Under the pieces are notes generated by a model. It was not told the origin of the DNA, searched no databases, and saw only the letters and a program-made list of their open reading frames with translations. From the NCBI GenBank assembly GCA_024679065.1, contig JAGIQG010000027.1, positions 4,588,001 through 4,652,000 on the forward strand: a DNA stretch of 64,000 nucleotides, written 5' to 3'. How positions within the stretch are numbered: the first letter of the stretch is position 1; every line of letters begins with the position of its first letter. This stretch comes from Sphyrna mokarran (taxonomy: Eukaryota). Positions 12,251 to 25,338 of this stretch are shown here, piece after piece. Made by a program: the position numbers and the translations under genes.

Positions 12251-15200
12251 GAGTTATTTAATGATATAACTATCAATGAGTTTTTATTACAACTAGACAA
12301 AACTCGCACATGTTACTTTAGTTGTCAGAATTCCGAAAGAAACCCTCAATACTAGATGATGGTCTACAAAAACAACATGAATCTTTGGATTGCAATATAA
12401 CATATAAGTAACTCAGCAAAGTTTTCTAACAGTAATGTCCCAAGTATTGTCATTTGCTGGAGCTTCACTGAACCGATGATTTAACACGTGCTGACACAGG
12501 ATTGTGAATGAGCGCCATATATGTTGTTCATCGACCGGCTGCTTTTGCAGGGTGCCAGATGTAGCCAGTATTGACCGAACAGACGACCTCTGGCGAGTAA
12601 AACTTATGGGTTGGCAAAACTGTACAGCCACTATGAAGCAATATGCTTTGTTCGTGTTCGCTTTAATTGTTGCATTTTGAGAAGATAGACCTGTGTCCGA
12701 TCATGCATTCAACGTATAGCCTTATACTTATTATGAAAAACATTTAATTAATCAATTGAAAATAACTGTACTGACACAGATTACTTAATAAACCAGCAAT
12801 TTCCATTTAAGCTGCCTGTAAATGGAAAGAAGGTGGTTGACCGAAATGAATAGTACTTTCAAGCCATTTTGAATTGTTTTATTGAATAATTGCGATAGTT
12901 GGGAAGCAGGGGTAATGCATTTGATACCATATTATGCAATATTAGTTATAAGCATTTAGCTGAAGTGAACTAAAATACGTTCAATTTTCAGCGGTCCAAG
13001 TTCCAAAATCTTTGATAAAAACAAAAAAATGTAAAAGCTAATGTGCATTAAAACTAGACAGGTCCGGTCATAACTGTAATTATGTGTTCAGAAGCCGTTT
13101 TCTCTCTTTAAAAAATGAAAATGCTCCAAATGGCAATAGTTGCTTTCAATTTAGCAGAGAAACATAACTGGCTCGATTTAGGATTAGAGGCCGTTTTTTT
13201 AACGAGATGTTGCGGTTTGATTTACAGACTTACGCTTTTGTCTGTAAGTCAAACAGCAAAACTTTAAACTCCTCAGTCAAAATTCTGAATTGCAGTTGCA
13301 GATGATCCCTCAACAATTCTTGATATCGATCTGTTTCTATGTCAGCATCCTTTAGCAATGCCTGTGTGATCCATTCATCCCAGTGACTATCAAAGCTGTT
13401 GTGTTGGATTCAATATACCGAGAAAGGGGTTAATACGTTTTTTCAAAGTATTAAAAAGTGCCTTATTTGAGAAATAAATGTATGTTTTACTTTTGTGTCA
13501 AAATCTTCACATATTTTATAAAATAAGTAGTTCCATTTCTTCTCCAGTGCATCGAATTAATATTGATACCCGAATGCAGTCTTAAGGGGGCACTGATGTC
13601 TGAAGTATCACATGAAATCCATCTGCCCTATAACATAAGGGGTAAGAAGGCACAGAGTAGAGTTAAGCATTGTGTTGTCATCCCCCACCCCCCACCTCCA
13701 CCACAGAAAATCTTCTGTACTGTGTTTTTCCCAAGGCTCCAATCTAAACCAGATGTAAAGCCCCACTGGTTATCCTGTTAAAATATTTCCAACACAGAAA
13801 TGCAAGAAATCAGAATCTTTTAAAGATAAAACACTAAACAAAGGATCAAAGCCCCATATGTAAGGCAAACTTGAAGATAATAATAAGATAAGTGATGAAC
13901 AAAAGTGAGATAACTGAAGGAGAAGTTGCAATTTGATTGCTAAAGACCAGTAGATTATAAGAAGCAAAGGTCTGTTCTGAGGCCCTGGAAAATAAAGGGT
14001 TAAAGAACGGACAAGATTAAAGTAACAGCGAAAATGGCTAAATGCTGCACTGCTAAATTGGTGTCTTGTCGAAAATCTGTTGTAAAGCATTATTTTCAGG
14101 CAAAAGCTTTATGCATTTCAGTTGCCATAGCGACGTGCGTTGGCAGTGGTTGTCCATTTTCTCAGGTCTGATGGGATAGCTTATGTGCAAAAAGTACGCT
14201 TACGCTAGTTAGTACTTCCTAGTATATGCGATGTGAGGTGAAACGGTGTGCAAAAAAAGAAATGGAACATTTCAAAAACGAGAAACCATGTGGTTTGTTG
14301 CAGGTTATAATGTTTCAACTGCCACCAATGGACAGTTCAATGTGGATAGACTACACTAGTCCTTCACTGAGACGCGAATTGTAGATTTCTGTTTAAACAG
14401 GCAGCCTCTTTAAAGCGCTAGACATTACATCCCAAGGCTTTTAAAGGTCTAATTTAGCGACTGGTAATATACAAATCCAGTGTCTGGCATTTGTCATTCT
14501 GACTTATATAATCGTTTTATTATTGACATTTAGTGTTTAATTGTTAAATTTATTATAGTATTTGTTTCTTAAATAATATTTAAGTTTTAGTTCAGTTATC
14601 TGTTTATTGAATTCCCAGTTTTTAAGCCAGAGTACATGAAGAAATATGTCTGAACGATTGATTTTAAATTTATGAAATTGATCAGAAATTGACAAGTAGG
14701 AGGAGAAAAAAAGGGATACACTATGTCTTTAAGGAAGGTCGGATTGAGTGGTTAGTTCCCATTTATTAAGGCTGTTTTGTGGGCGTAGAATTGATTTGTA
14801 ATTGTCACTGGCATGTTCCCTGGACGTGCAGCAAGTTTTACTGGTCATTATGCTATGTAAAGAGGCGCTCGTTAGAGATTTGTATTGATACCACGTCAAG
14901 GTTTGCACATGTAAGTTGAAGGAGTTTCTACTCAATTAAACTGTCATGCATTTATATTGGAATAAAGCAGCGCGCATAACTCTATGACAAGGTTAAATCT
15001 TATAATTCCTTAGAATGCAGTCCACGCCCTCAGACTGCATTAAACACATGAGCAGAATTCCTCTGACTAAGAGAGCCAATTTTTAAATTTGTTTTTAGAA
15101 TCATTTAATAAACAATGTAGCTCTATCTCTTCCTCTCTGTTAACATGTCTCTGCTTGTCCTCACCCCTGTGTCTGACTCTGCTTACTTACATGTTTATTT

Positions 15201-17689
15201 ACATCTCTGTATATTCCTCCGTATCTATAGTTACCCCGCACGTTCTGATCTCTTTTTGTAGCTTTCTCAATGCGCCTTTTAAACCATTTATTGGTCCCCC
15301 CCCCCTCCCGTTTTCTCCGTCTCTGCAGTTTTAAGTTTGTTTTTATGTCCCTCGCGATTCTTCTATTCAGATAATGAAAAATATGAAGCTTGTTAAAGAA
15401 ACAGCATTAACGTTGCCCGCCTCAAGTCATTAAACATGAATGTTTTAGTGTGTGATATGCATTTTCTGTTGAATATTGTATTGAAACCCATCGATTGACG
15501 AGAGTTATACGCAGTCTGTGCTACAAGAAGCTTTGAAAAGGAGGTGCAGTTATTACAATTGGAACAATGCCTAAAATATTAAGAGTAAGAAAAGATAAAA
15601 TAAAGAAACGAGAGACGGGAGGGGGGGGCTGAAAAAGTAAAACATGATCTCATTTAGTAGGTGCTTCAAGGTATTTTGAAATCATTACGAAACAAAACTT
15701 GAGATTTTAAAATACCATTCAACAAAGAATGCAATATGCAGAGTTAAAATACTGCACAATATTAGCAAATGGTGAGAATGTTTTGTGTGTCAGACCACAC
15801 GGCGCCATTTTGAGACTGGTAAGGCGGGCCTGGTGATTCTGGACATTTACAGCATCTTCTGTGGAGCGTTTCCAAAGGCCCTACCAAATTTCTGCCTTTC
15901 TTAGGAAACACCCATGACTAGGCAAATGCGTAATATGATTTATTTTTATGTCACTGCGATTGATTTCTCAAGATGACCTCCTCATTCATAAAGCAACTTG
16001 ATGTATGAGTTTAAGCAAAAAAAATTACATCTTGTAAATAAACCTCCCTTGGCAGAGCGCGGGATGGGGTGGGGGAGGGAGCACAATTGCGAATATAAAA
16101 AAATGGACTGATGATCGATGTTGTTAGTTATTTTCTGGTCAGTTGCGCGAAGCTTTCCTGCTCGCACCCTCTCTTTGTCGGGCAGTTTTTCCTGCCTTAC
16201 CCAATTATTTTAGCCGCTGCTTCTTTTGTTGTCTCAGCTGCACATCTGGCTCCAATGTGTAAAATTTTAATTTCTGCCTCTCCAGATGTTATGTTTTAAT
16301 TTCCTCACTATCTTACTCTGTCGATCTATCTCACCATTCATTTTATCGCGGTGATATTAAGTATGAGAAACGTGGTACTTGCACTGATTACAAACAATTC
16401 GAGAGACCCAACCACTGATGCAGGAAAGCCAACGGAATTGAGAAGGTTCGTGGCAGGAAAGGTATCCGGCTGTTAAACCAACCGCCAGATCTCTTTTCTT
16501 TCACCCCACCCCCACAAAACAAAAAAATGATGTTTGATATAAAGGATAACCAGCCAGCATTGCGACATTGTGACGATCCTATGTAACATGGAAGGGGAAG
16601 AAACTGTAAGAGAAAAGACATACAACGCCAGACATTTAAAGCAGCGCATTGCACCAACTCAACAGGATTAAATTTCACGAGAAAAGTACACTTTCGGATA
16701 GTTGTTAAATCATTTCATTCAGTAATGGGTAGTGGAAAGAAGCGGATTCGTTTGGGTGGATGGGAACATTGAACTCCTCCGCCCCTCCCCCACAGGGTTT
16801 CCGTATTTATAATAAACTTCATGTTTTCCACATTTCGATCAGCTGTTTTAGGTCCTATGATACCTAAAACCTATCAGAATAAATTTAAAATGGACATCAT
16901 ATAGAATAAAATAAATCTTAATGCATGTTGAGCAATCTGCCCATCAAGCCTGTTAATACTCTGCTCCACGTTGCAGATAACTACTTTAATCACTTTCAGC
17001 CATTTTTTATATTAATTCTTCAAGTAGTGTTCTAAGGAATTACACATACAATAATATCAGAAAATTTACTGTTCCCCTCCACCCCCCAGAAATTGACGGA
17101 ATCAGGGAACTGGACACTTCAATTCAGCACTAGATGGAACATCGGTTGAATAATAGTTGATCACTCTGATACAGGAGCGGATGGGGGCGGGGAGAGGAGG
17201 TTCAACACAGACATAAATGGCATTAACTCTCCAAATCGTTTTCAATACACATTTGGTTTACCCATTTCACTGAGCCACATTCAAGCATAAATCGAGACAT
17301 ATACAAAAACATATACATTATACCTTGACAAAGAACGCTGCGGAGGGAGTAGTTCCAAACAATGTTAGAACACTTGGTTATGCATCCTGTTTGTTGCTTA
17401 AAGCGATGGAATGGCACAACAACTAGGATAAATAACTCCTGCCCTTTTATCATTGTAGATCCAACAAGATCAATCCAAATATCCAGGGTAGGCACATTTC
17501 TCTTAGATTAAAAATATTGTGATTTCCTTTTTTAATCAAGTGTGTGTTACTTATTTTTGTCAACACACAGTGAGTATTTTCTGCATAAGCTATCTATGCT
17601 TTAATTCTTGGTGCACATATCTCGAAAAAAACACACTAGCAGTCACCTTGAAACACAGACGGTGAGGTTTCATTAAAGAATTAAGTCGT

Positions 17690-17695
17690 TTTATT
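17690..17695 (-). terminator. Candidate HoxB2 polyadenylation signal (AATAAA)
   Basis: AATAAA on the minus strand about 450 nt after the stop, at the end of an AU-rich 3' UTR. Confidence 0.6.
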
Positions 17696-18143
17696 TAAAC
17701 TATGAAAATAATGTACAATAAATAATTTAAAGTTCACTATTTCAGAATTTATAATAAATAGGCTACCTCTAAAACATAAAATAACTCGTCACAGTTGTCC
17801 TTTTGGGAGCTATAGGATAAAACAGCTTTACTATAAATACAATTCCGATATATGTTTTCCTGAGATAGTAAACACGAGGAATCTACATTTTTTTACGTCT
17901 TGGCGAATTTAGGAAAATGCAACTGAATAAAACCGTACTTAATTAAATACCTGTGCAATAAAGACTGCAATTCTTGTAGACTCCAGGTCAAGGCTGAAGG
18001 ATAAATTATTTACTGTGAGATCAATCCTATATCACACAGACCTTTCTTTAATATTCCACATTACTGTAATATAAAATAGGAAATAATGAGCATAATTTTA
18101 AACATGGCTGTATTTCTACACGAGCCTTATGTCTTGCGAATCG

Positions 18144-18859
18144 CTACTGATAATTAAGGTGCTGCAAGTCTATTGTGCAGAGAGCGCTGGTGAAAAAATC
18201 AAAACTGTCCTCGGGGATATCCACAGGGCTGTCGATGGAATCCTGCAAGCTGGGAGATAATCCATCGGAGAACGGCAGATAGGAATCCGAAGAAAACATG
18301 TTTAAATCTGGCAAGGAGACCAAATCCAGGTGCTCGGAGTTGAGAGTGTCCAGACCAGAGCTACACATCTGGCCTGTTGTAAACCCGTTTTCAACACTGG
18401 CAGTCAAATAAAAGGGGCTTTTGGCTTTTCCATCGCTGCCGCACGCAGTCAGGTCCTGCAGGTTTTGGAGTTCTTTGCTCAGTGTGTTTTGGTTTTGCTT
18501 TTTTGCTTGTTCAGCGCAGTTTTTATATTCTAAATAAGTTCCTGACGCTTCGACAGGTTGGCTATAAGGCGATGACTCTTCGGCTTTGTCTTCTGGAAGC
18601 GAGCTGTTGGAGTAACTAACCTCTCCGTCTTGATTTTCTTTATACTGTGCTTGCCGCTTATGCTTCATGCGCCGATTTTGGAACCAGACTTTAACTTGCC
18701 TCTCGGTCAGTTCGAGTAGGGCCGCGATCTCCACTCTGCGGGGCCTGCACAGATATTTGTTGAAGTGAAACTCTTTCTCTAGTTCCAAGAGCTGCGTATT
18801 TGTGTAGGCTGTTCTTAACCTCCGGGAGCTGCTGCTGTTATCTTGTTCACCCTGGCCTT
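18144..18859 (-). CDS. HOXB2: Homeobox protein Hox-B2, exon 2
   Basis: [59 protein letters not shown]; C-terminus [17 protein letters not shown]. Acceptor ttgttag at 18860-18866, phase 1. Confidence 0.95.
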
Positions 18860-19469
18860 CTAACAATAAAGGGTAGAAAGAGAGAAAGAGAAAGAAAGAC
18901 CGTGAGGAGGAGTGAAAGTAAATGTTTAACATGCTCATTGAAAAAAAAAGCTGCAGTAGTTTCTGTTGGGCGAGAAACCGTCCTTTCACAAATTAAAATT
19001 GACATTAGCTTTGTAAATGTTACTTTCTCACAACCGGTCAATAAGTAACATTGCCTTTAATTAAAACATTAAAATTAACAAATTCTTCTAGCAAAACGCA
19101 TCTTGCCCTTCCTCGAGTTGTTGCAGTTTATAAGAGTTTGTTCAACATGGCCGCCGAGAATGCAAATACCAGAATCTACAATATATCGAAACACTCTGAC
19201 AACATAACTCGCATATTAAACCAACATTAAACAAAATATTACAATAAATCAACATTTTAAAGCACTGGATCTATCAGGCAATTATAAATGCATTTCATAA
19301 ATCAAACTGCAATAAAATCCTAGATTAGCCCGCTGCTTTATAAGGCGTTGTCATCTATGCCGTAATTGGTATAGATGCTGCACACTAAAGTTTTGTAAAT
19401 TACGTATTTTGCTCTAAAAATATATAGCTTAATATAAACGTGCAGAGGAAGTCTCGGCTTTGGGCAGAC

Positions 19470-19833
19470 CTGTCGGAGACTCCACTGTACGTGAGGAGCT
19501 AGGGACCGGAGCTGACAATGACAAAGGTGTTTCGTTGATTTTTTTCGACGACTTTTTCTCTTTCATCCATGGAAACTCGGCCGCGGCAGCAGATGGGAAT
19601 GAGCCATTTGGAGGCCGCTTTTCGCGACTTGGCCGCGGCTGGTTGCTGCTGGGATTCAGGCTCGGGATGGTCTGCTCAAAAGGAGGAGGAATTAGTGTCG
19701 AGTGTGAAAGCGTCGAGTTCTTGATTGATGAACTTTGAAATGTATCAGCGACAGCAGGGAAGGACGTCAGGCACTCGGCAAGCGAAGGCTGGCTGTTAAT
19801 AAAACCAATCTCTCGCTCCAATTCGAAATTCAT
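19470..19833 (-). CDS. HOXB2: Homeobox protein Hox-B2, exon 1
   Basis: [26 protein letters not shown]...EFPWMKEKK (group 2; MNF and EFPWM are B2-type). The donor CAG|GTCTGC at 19469 gives a phase-1 join. Confidence 0.93.
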
Positions 19834-19986
19834 GGCTTTCTTAATCCCGAATGGAGAAAGTTATGAATATTGCAGGTCGAGAAAAAAATATTTTCAGGCT
19901 TTAATTCTGTATCTCTGATATTACAAGGCGTATGGGGACAGACTCTATTAAACTGAGGACCAGATTGAAATTGGACCAAATTCGTT

Positions 19987-20010
19987 GTCACATGATTGGC
20001 GTTGCCCAAT
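19987..20010 (-). promoter_or_regulatory. HoxB2 proximal promoter: E-box-like motif plus two CCAAT boxes
   Basis: GTCACATG 19987-19994, ATTGG 19995-19999, CCAAT 20006-20010. Confidence 0.6.
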
Positions 20011-20878
20011 AGCAATTTGTTGTCTATGAAAAGAAATCATTATCTCTGCAATTGATCCAAAAAGTGAAGAAAATTCGATTTTATTTTTATTGCTAGAATT
20101 CTAAATTTACCTTCAGATTTTACCAATTCTTCGCATGCTTCTTGTTATTTTGAAGAAAGCTGCATGTTGATTTTTTAAAAAATCTGTCTATTATATCAAA
20201 GTATTTTGCAATTCAAGTGAAGAAGATTTGCACCTAAAATCTGGCGGCTTGAGTAATTAACAAGGTACCTCATTAATCTTCAAAGTTTTGACAAGAGGGC
20301 CTGTAACAAAATAGAACTTTCACAAGATCAGCCAGGCAGTTGCAATTTGCCTGTAGGAAAGTTCCAAACCCTTTAAATGTCTGTATCATTGGACACAATT
20401 CACAAAATGTTCTTTTACCAATTATGGAATGGATATAAGTGTTATTACTATAGTTTTTCAAAGCAGAGAAGAGGTTTCTGAAACCAGGTAAGTATTGGAT
20501 TTTAATTTGAGGTAGGCTTGAAATAGTGAGAAACTATTGAGTAACCAGTTTAATCTATTTATGTATCCTGGAAAATTTTACTGCAACACTTTTCTAGCTA
20601 TCTATTTATCCATTCATTTATCTATCCCGCTATCTACTTATAGACAGAATTTCCTTTTTGAGATGTTTTTGATTACTATCATCCCAAAAAACTTGTTTAA
20701 AACTACCCAAGTTTATTGAAAACTCATTTTAAATCTACCGCTTCATGAGAAAATTCATGACAATGTAAAAAGGAGCCATTTATTTTAAAAACATGTTATT
20801 TAAAAGAGTCACTAGCTTGAAAGTCGCAACAAAAATCTTTTTAAAACGCTGAACTTAAGGAGGAACTGAAAGCGGCCA

Positions 20879-20911
20879 CGATCAATCTTTCCCCACAAAA
20901 TGGCTTGACAG
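20879..20911 (-). promoter_or_regulatory. HoxB2 r4 enhancer (Pbx-Hox site plus Prep/Meis site)
   Basis: Minus strand CTGTCA (20906-20911) and AGATTGATCG (20879-20888), the motif pair known from the Hoxb2 r4 cross-regulatory element. Confidence 0.82.
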
Positions 20912-21189
20912 CTAAGGCTTGGGAGCAAACACAGAAGAATTTGCTTCCCCATATCAAATGCCAGGAAGTGAGGCTGGCCTTCCTTTCTTACCATTTTTTT
21001 AAAAGCAGGGTGACGAAATGCATTTATTTTTAAATCAAAAGCCGCAAACATATAATAATAATGAATCCCTGACTTCATGAGAACGGACTGAGGTTGCAAA
21101 TGAATAGTCAGATTGGAGCCCCTTCATGTTTTCAAGGGGAATATATAAAACATTGCCTTGGTTTGGCATGCAATCCCTCCTGTTAAAAC

Positions 21190-21262
21190 GCTGTGTGGGA
21201 TGTGTAAATGAATTCGCGCGACGGGGCCTAGAAACCTTTGTTTGCCAAACATGTGTGGGTGC
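21190..21262 (+). promoter_or_regulatory. Candidate HoxB2 r3/r5 Krox20 (Egr2) enhancer
   Basis: TGTGTGGGTG (21252-21261) and TGTGTGGGAT (21192-21201), with CTTTGT (21236-21241) nearby; just upstream of the r4 element, as expected. Confidence 0.6.
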
Positions 21263-23913
21263 AAGTATTTAAGTGCGGGCCCCTTTACTTGCCGCTGAGA
21301 TAGTGAAATCATTCAGAACAGAAGAAATCTATCCTTAACACTGCAAGAAAATGATCCCAACATTAGGATCTTTAACTAATTTTAAAATACGTCTGATCCG
21401 GCCAGTAAAATTAGCAACATTTTTTCCTGCACCACACTGTAATTCATTGAGCGTGAGGGTTGCAACGGGAGCATTGACCGAGGAATAATTGGTTAAAATG
21501 TGACGTGAGAAAAGGCTGTATGTAACATGGCGTGTGGTTTTGTTTTGAATTGGTAGCTGCGGAATTATTTTCATTGTGCGTGTATCTTAAAACGATGCTT
21601 ATTTTTAGCTGTGAAATATTTGATCTTTGAAAATATAAAAAAGGTTTACGAGTTAAAAAGAGATAAAGTTAAATATTTTTCACTTTTTTGGTGTTGTTTT
21701 ATACTCAGTCTCTCTCTGTACACATATTTGAACGAATCCAATATAAACAGTGAAATAAGATTCTTGGCGCTGCAGACAAGTCTTCAATACATTAAGTAGC
21801 GGGGAATATAGAAAGCAATGTAATTAATTAAGTAACACCAATAATGCCAAAAATAAAATTGCTTTCTTGATGGTAAAATACTGTTTTTTAGTTGAGATCT
21901 GAAAAATGCTAAATGATTGAAGCATTTTTGCGGACCGCCATCGAAAGCAAAATGTGTCCGGGCTTTTTTTGCTGGAAGCTGTTTTTTTTCTCTCTGGGCA
22001 GCGAGAGGTCGAAAATCGAACAACATGGCGCCGAATCGTTTTAGCGCTGGTTGACATCAGCTGCGAAATTGTATTTGGAAAACCCTGGAGAATTGTTATA
22101 TGATCTCAGGAAAACTTTCACACAGATCTGTGGCTTTTAAATGATCCATATCACTATGCATATGATTAGGAACTGACTGGGAGAGCTTTGCCTTTCATGT
22201 TGGTACTACAAGAACATAAAATAACTTCTTTAAAAAATCAAAGTTTCGCAAAAAAATCAAACATGATGGTAAAATCACCAGGATTGCGATTTAAAATGAA
22301 GAACATTAGTTAAAGAAGCACTAATTATGATAATCAATACATTGGATATTAAAGATTATAACTAATGCCCGCTTTAAGTCGTGTTTGGTTTTGTTCTAAT
22401 GTTACAGCAATAAGAACATATCGATGAACTCTTGCCTTGAGAAATAAATAACGTATAAAATAAAGCAATTTAATACTTTATATTCAGCAATTAATTTTAC
22501 TTGCCTAAGAATGGAAAGTACTAAATGTAATTCTTGCTGTTCAAACAATTAGTGTACAGAAAGCTTAAAGAATGAGTCAATATAATTGCTTTGTGGGAGA
22601 TAAAATTATCTTTTAGTCACTGTTAGAAATAATTGCTATGTTATATGATTAGATAACCAGGATCGCTGTATTTAACTTTCCTAGGTCGCAGATAGGATAA
22701 AATCATTGTTAGAGTATAACCAATGTGTGGTTTTGACTATGTTTAAAGTGGTTACTATAAAAGGCCTGCTTCAAACTGTTTTAGAGCACGAAAATCCAAT
22801 AAATCTAATTTTAAAAAGCATAATAAAAGTTTTGTTAGATCAGTAAGCTTCTCAGATATTTACATTCTGTAATTTCGTATCAACAATTGAATAATTGGGA
22901 AATCAAATTAGGTTTTCATGGCGGTTAATATTATTTTCTCATGCTTCAGATTTCATAGAAACCTTGAGAGTAAAATTCTCATACATATCCTGATCTCATA
23001 ACATCACTTTATAAAATGAATTGATTGCCATACCGAGGAAAACATCTTTCATTTTGAATGGAATGGGCTGGAAATGTCTGTGTACTTTGGCAGACTGCTC
23101 ATGCTTTGGTCTTTGTTTCTATTGCAGATCCAATGACTGCTTTGCCCAGACAGCACGTGGTGTCTCCTTACACTGGATGGAAACTTTTTACCCCTTAATT
23201 CCTGAATGTTTGTGTAAGTTTCTGGACCTTGTTTGGTAATAAAGATATTTACAAGCTGGAGAAGTGCTTCATTCTTTAGTTTTGTAAGAGGCATTATGTG
23301 AGCACTGTCCTCCGCACAAATCCCCTCCCCCATTCTGATATTAGAATAGACGAGACATATAAAAGCAGTGGAATGATTAGGCAACGATCCATAAACGAGT
23401 TAAATTTTCCTAGAGTAACAAAGTGTGTAAGCGTGTTTGTCTGTGTAGGAGTAATGCAAAGAGAGCTTAAAATGCATGATTTGAATAGCTTGGCCATCCC
23501 AGTTGCCTATTTCATAGATAATGGCTAATATACAGCCTCTTAAATATTTTTAATGGTTGCATATATATGTTATATTTCCATGTTATGATCATTGATACAT
23601 AAACCATACAACAAAAATCTGTTAACAGGAGATTTATTCCAGAATTGTTTGACAGACAACTCTTAGCAAGGAAAATAACTACGAAGAAGGCAAGGAGTGT
23701 CAGAAAAGCAGAATATGCTATATTTTTCTAAATCATGACTATACAATTACTGTCCGATTCTGTTCCCATGCCTTCAATATAACTACATTATTTGTAGGTA
23801 CAATGGTAACAGAAAGCTACATTTTTGTTCTAGTTTACATTAACTAAAATAAACTTGTTTACAGTGACATGAATACAACTGCTTCGACAGGTAAATACTA
23901 AAAAGTACAGATT

Positions 23914-23919
23914 TTTATT
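23914..23919 (-). terminator. Candidate HoxB3 polyadenylation signal (AATAAA)
   Basis: AATAAA on the minus strand about 650 nt after the stop; another candidate lies near 23633. Confidence 0.45.
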
Positions 23920-24568
23920 TTTTATATAAATACGTATTGTTGGGGATAAATAATACAAAAAAAGAAGAAATATTTTCCTGGCATTAATCAATAAATATAT
24001 CTGAATGTTCACCAGAATAGACACATATTGAAAGACGCACCAGCTACTCATTTTTAAGATTCCTTCAAGGCCGAGTTGGAGTTGTTTGCCTTTTATGAGC
24101 TTTTTCACCCATTGAAATGTAAACAATAAGTGCAATACAGGTGTCCAAAGGAAATTCAGCATTAGCAAATACCAAAATGTCTTCACTTTTGCTTTTTTCA
24201 AAGGACAGAAGATTTGTTAATTTACCCTGTTTCACGTTAAGTCCAAAAAGGAAATGTACCTGTACAACCTTTAGGATTGTGCATTACCAATTTCAAAGAA
24301 CCCTAAAGATTGTAATGGGGGGAGGGGCAGAGGAGGAGGGGTGGAGAGATCTGGGAGTGAAGAGAGGGCTAAGGTGGTGGGATGGGGCAGAGATACTCTG
24401 TAGAGGAAGGGTGGTTCTGTGAAGGGACAATATGAACAAAATATATTAATACAAGTCGACATACATGAAACAAGAAGACACAAATAAGGAAATGAGCCAA
24501 AGAGGTATCATGAGAAAAGGAAAAGATAACTCGTTATTCTCTTCAGTAAAGCTCCTTGCTTAGGCCTG

Positions 24569-25338
24569 CTACAGATGGGTCAGCTTGGGAGCTTCTTGAA
24601 TTCTTCCCTGAGAAGGATGATGCGATGAAAGGTCTGTATAGGTTGGATGTGGATCACAAGGTCCATGGTGCTGACTGGGAGCCATCTGAGCAGCACCATT
24701 GTAGTCCATGTTTGTGGATGGAGGGTGAGAAAGGTGATTGAGGCCGAAGAGGGAAGGCCCCGAAGCGGACATAGAATCCACATAGTTCCCGCCAACATAC
24801 ACAGGGCTACCCTGCAAGTTTGGTGTCCCGTAGTTGCCATTTCCCTGTAGTACATGGGGGTCGTATTCTGGAGCTGTCCCAGGGTATCTTTTCTGTTGCT
24901 GAGATGGGCAGCCTTTCATTGGGTTTTGGTAACTTGTGGTCATAGCATAAGCGTTCTGATGAGGTTTATTGAAAGGCGGCGGTGATGGAGCGTCATAGGC
25001 AGAGTTGTTAGCAAGCGGATGCATGGCGTTTACAAATCCGGTGGGGGGCTGGACGGAAAGCGGAGGGCTTCCCGTGGGCGATTGTCCTCCGGAAGAACTC
25101 ACCATGCCTTTCGTTTTTTGATCCTTTTTGTACTTCATCCGGCGGTTCTGAAACCAGATCTTGATCTGTCGTTCACTGAGGTTAAGCAGGTTCGCCATCT
25201 CCACTCGGCGAGGTCTGCAAAGGTAACGATTAAAATGGAATTCTTTCTCCAGTTCCACCAGCTGCGCGCTGGTATAGGCAGTGCGCGCTCGCTTTGAGGC
25301 AGAACCCGGCGGGCTTTTGTCCCCGCTGACATTTTCAG
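24569..25338 (-). CDS. HOXB3: Homeobox protein Hox-B3, last coding exon
   Basis: [70 protein letters not shown]...[13 protein letters not shown]; NLSERQ is B3-type. Acceptor ctcacag, phase 1. Confidence 0.96.

Noticed and set aside
18860-18989. N-terminal extensions of ORF-track calls for the exon-2 segments (also 8632-8659 and 63882-63999)
   Set aside because: They read through intronic polypyrimidine tracts; the true exons start at the AG acceptors
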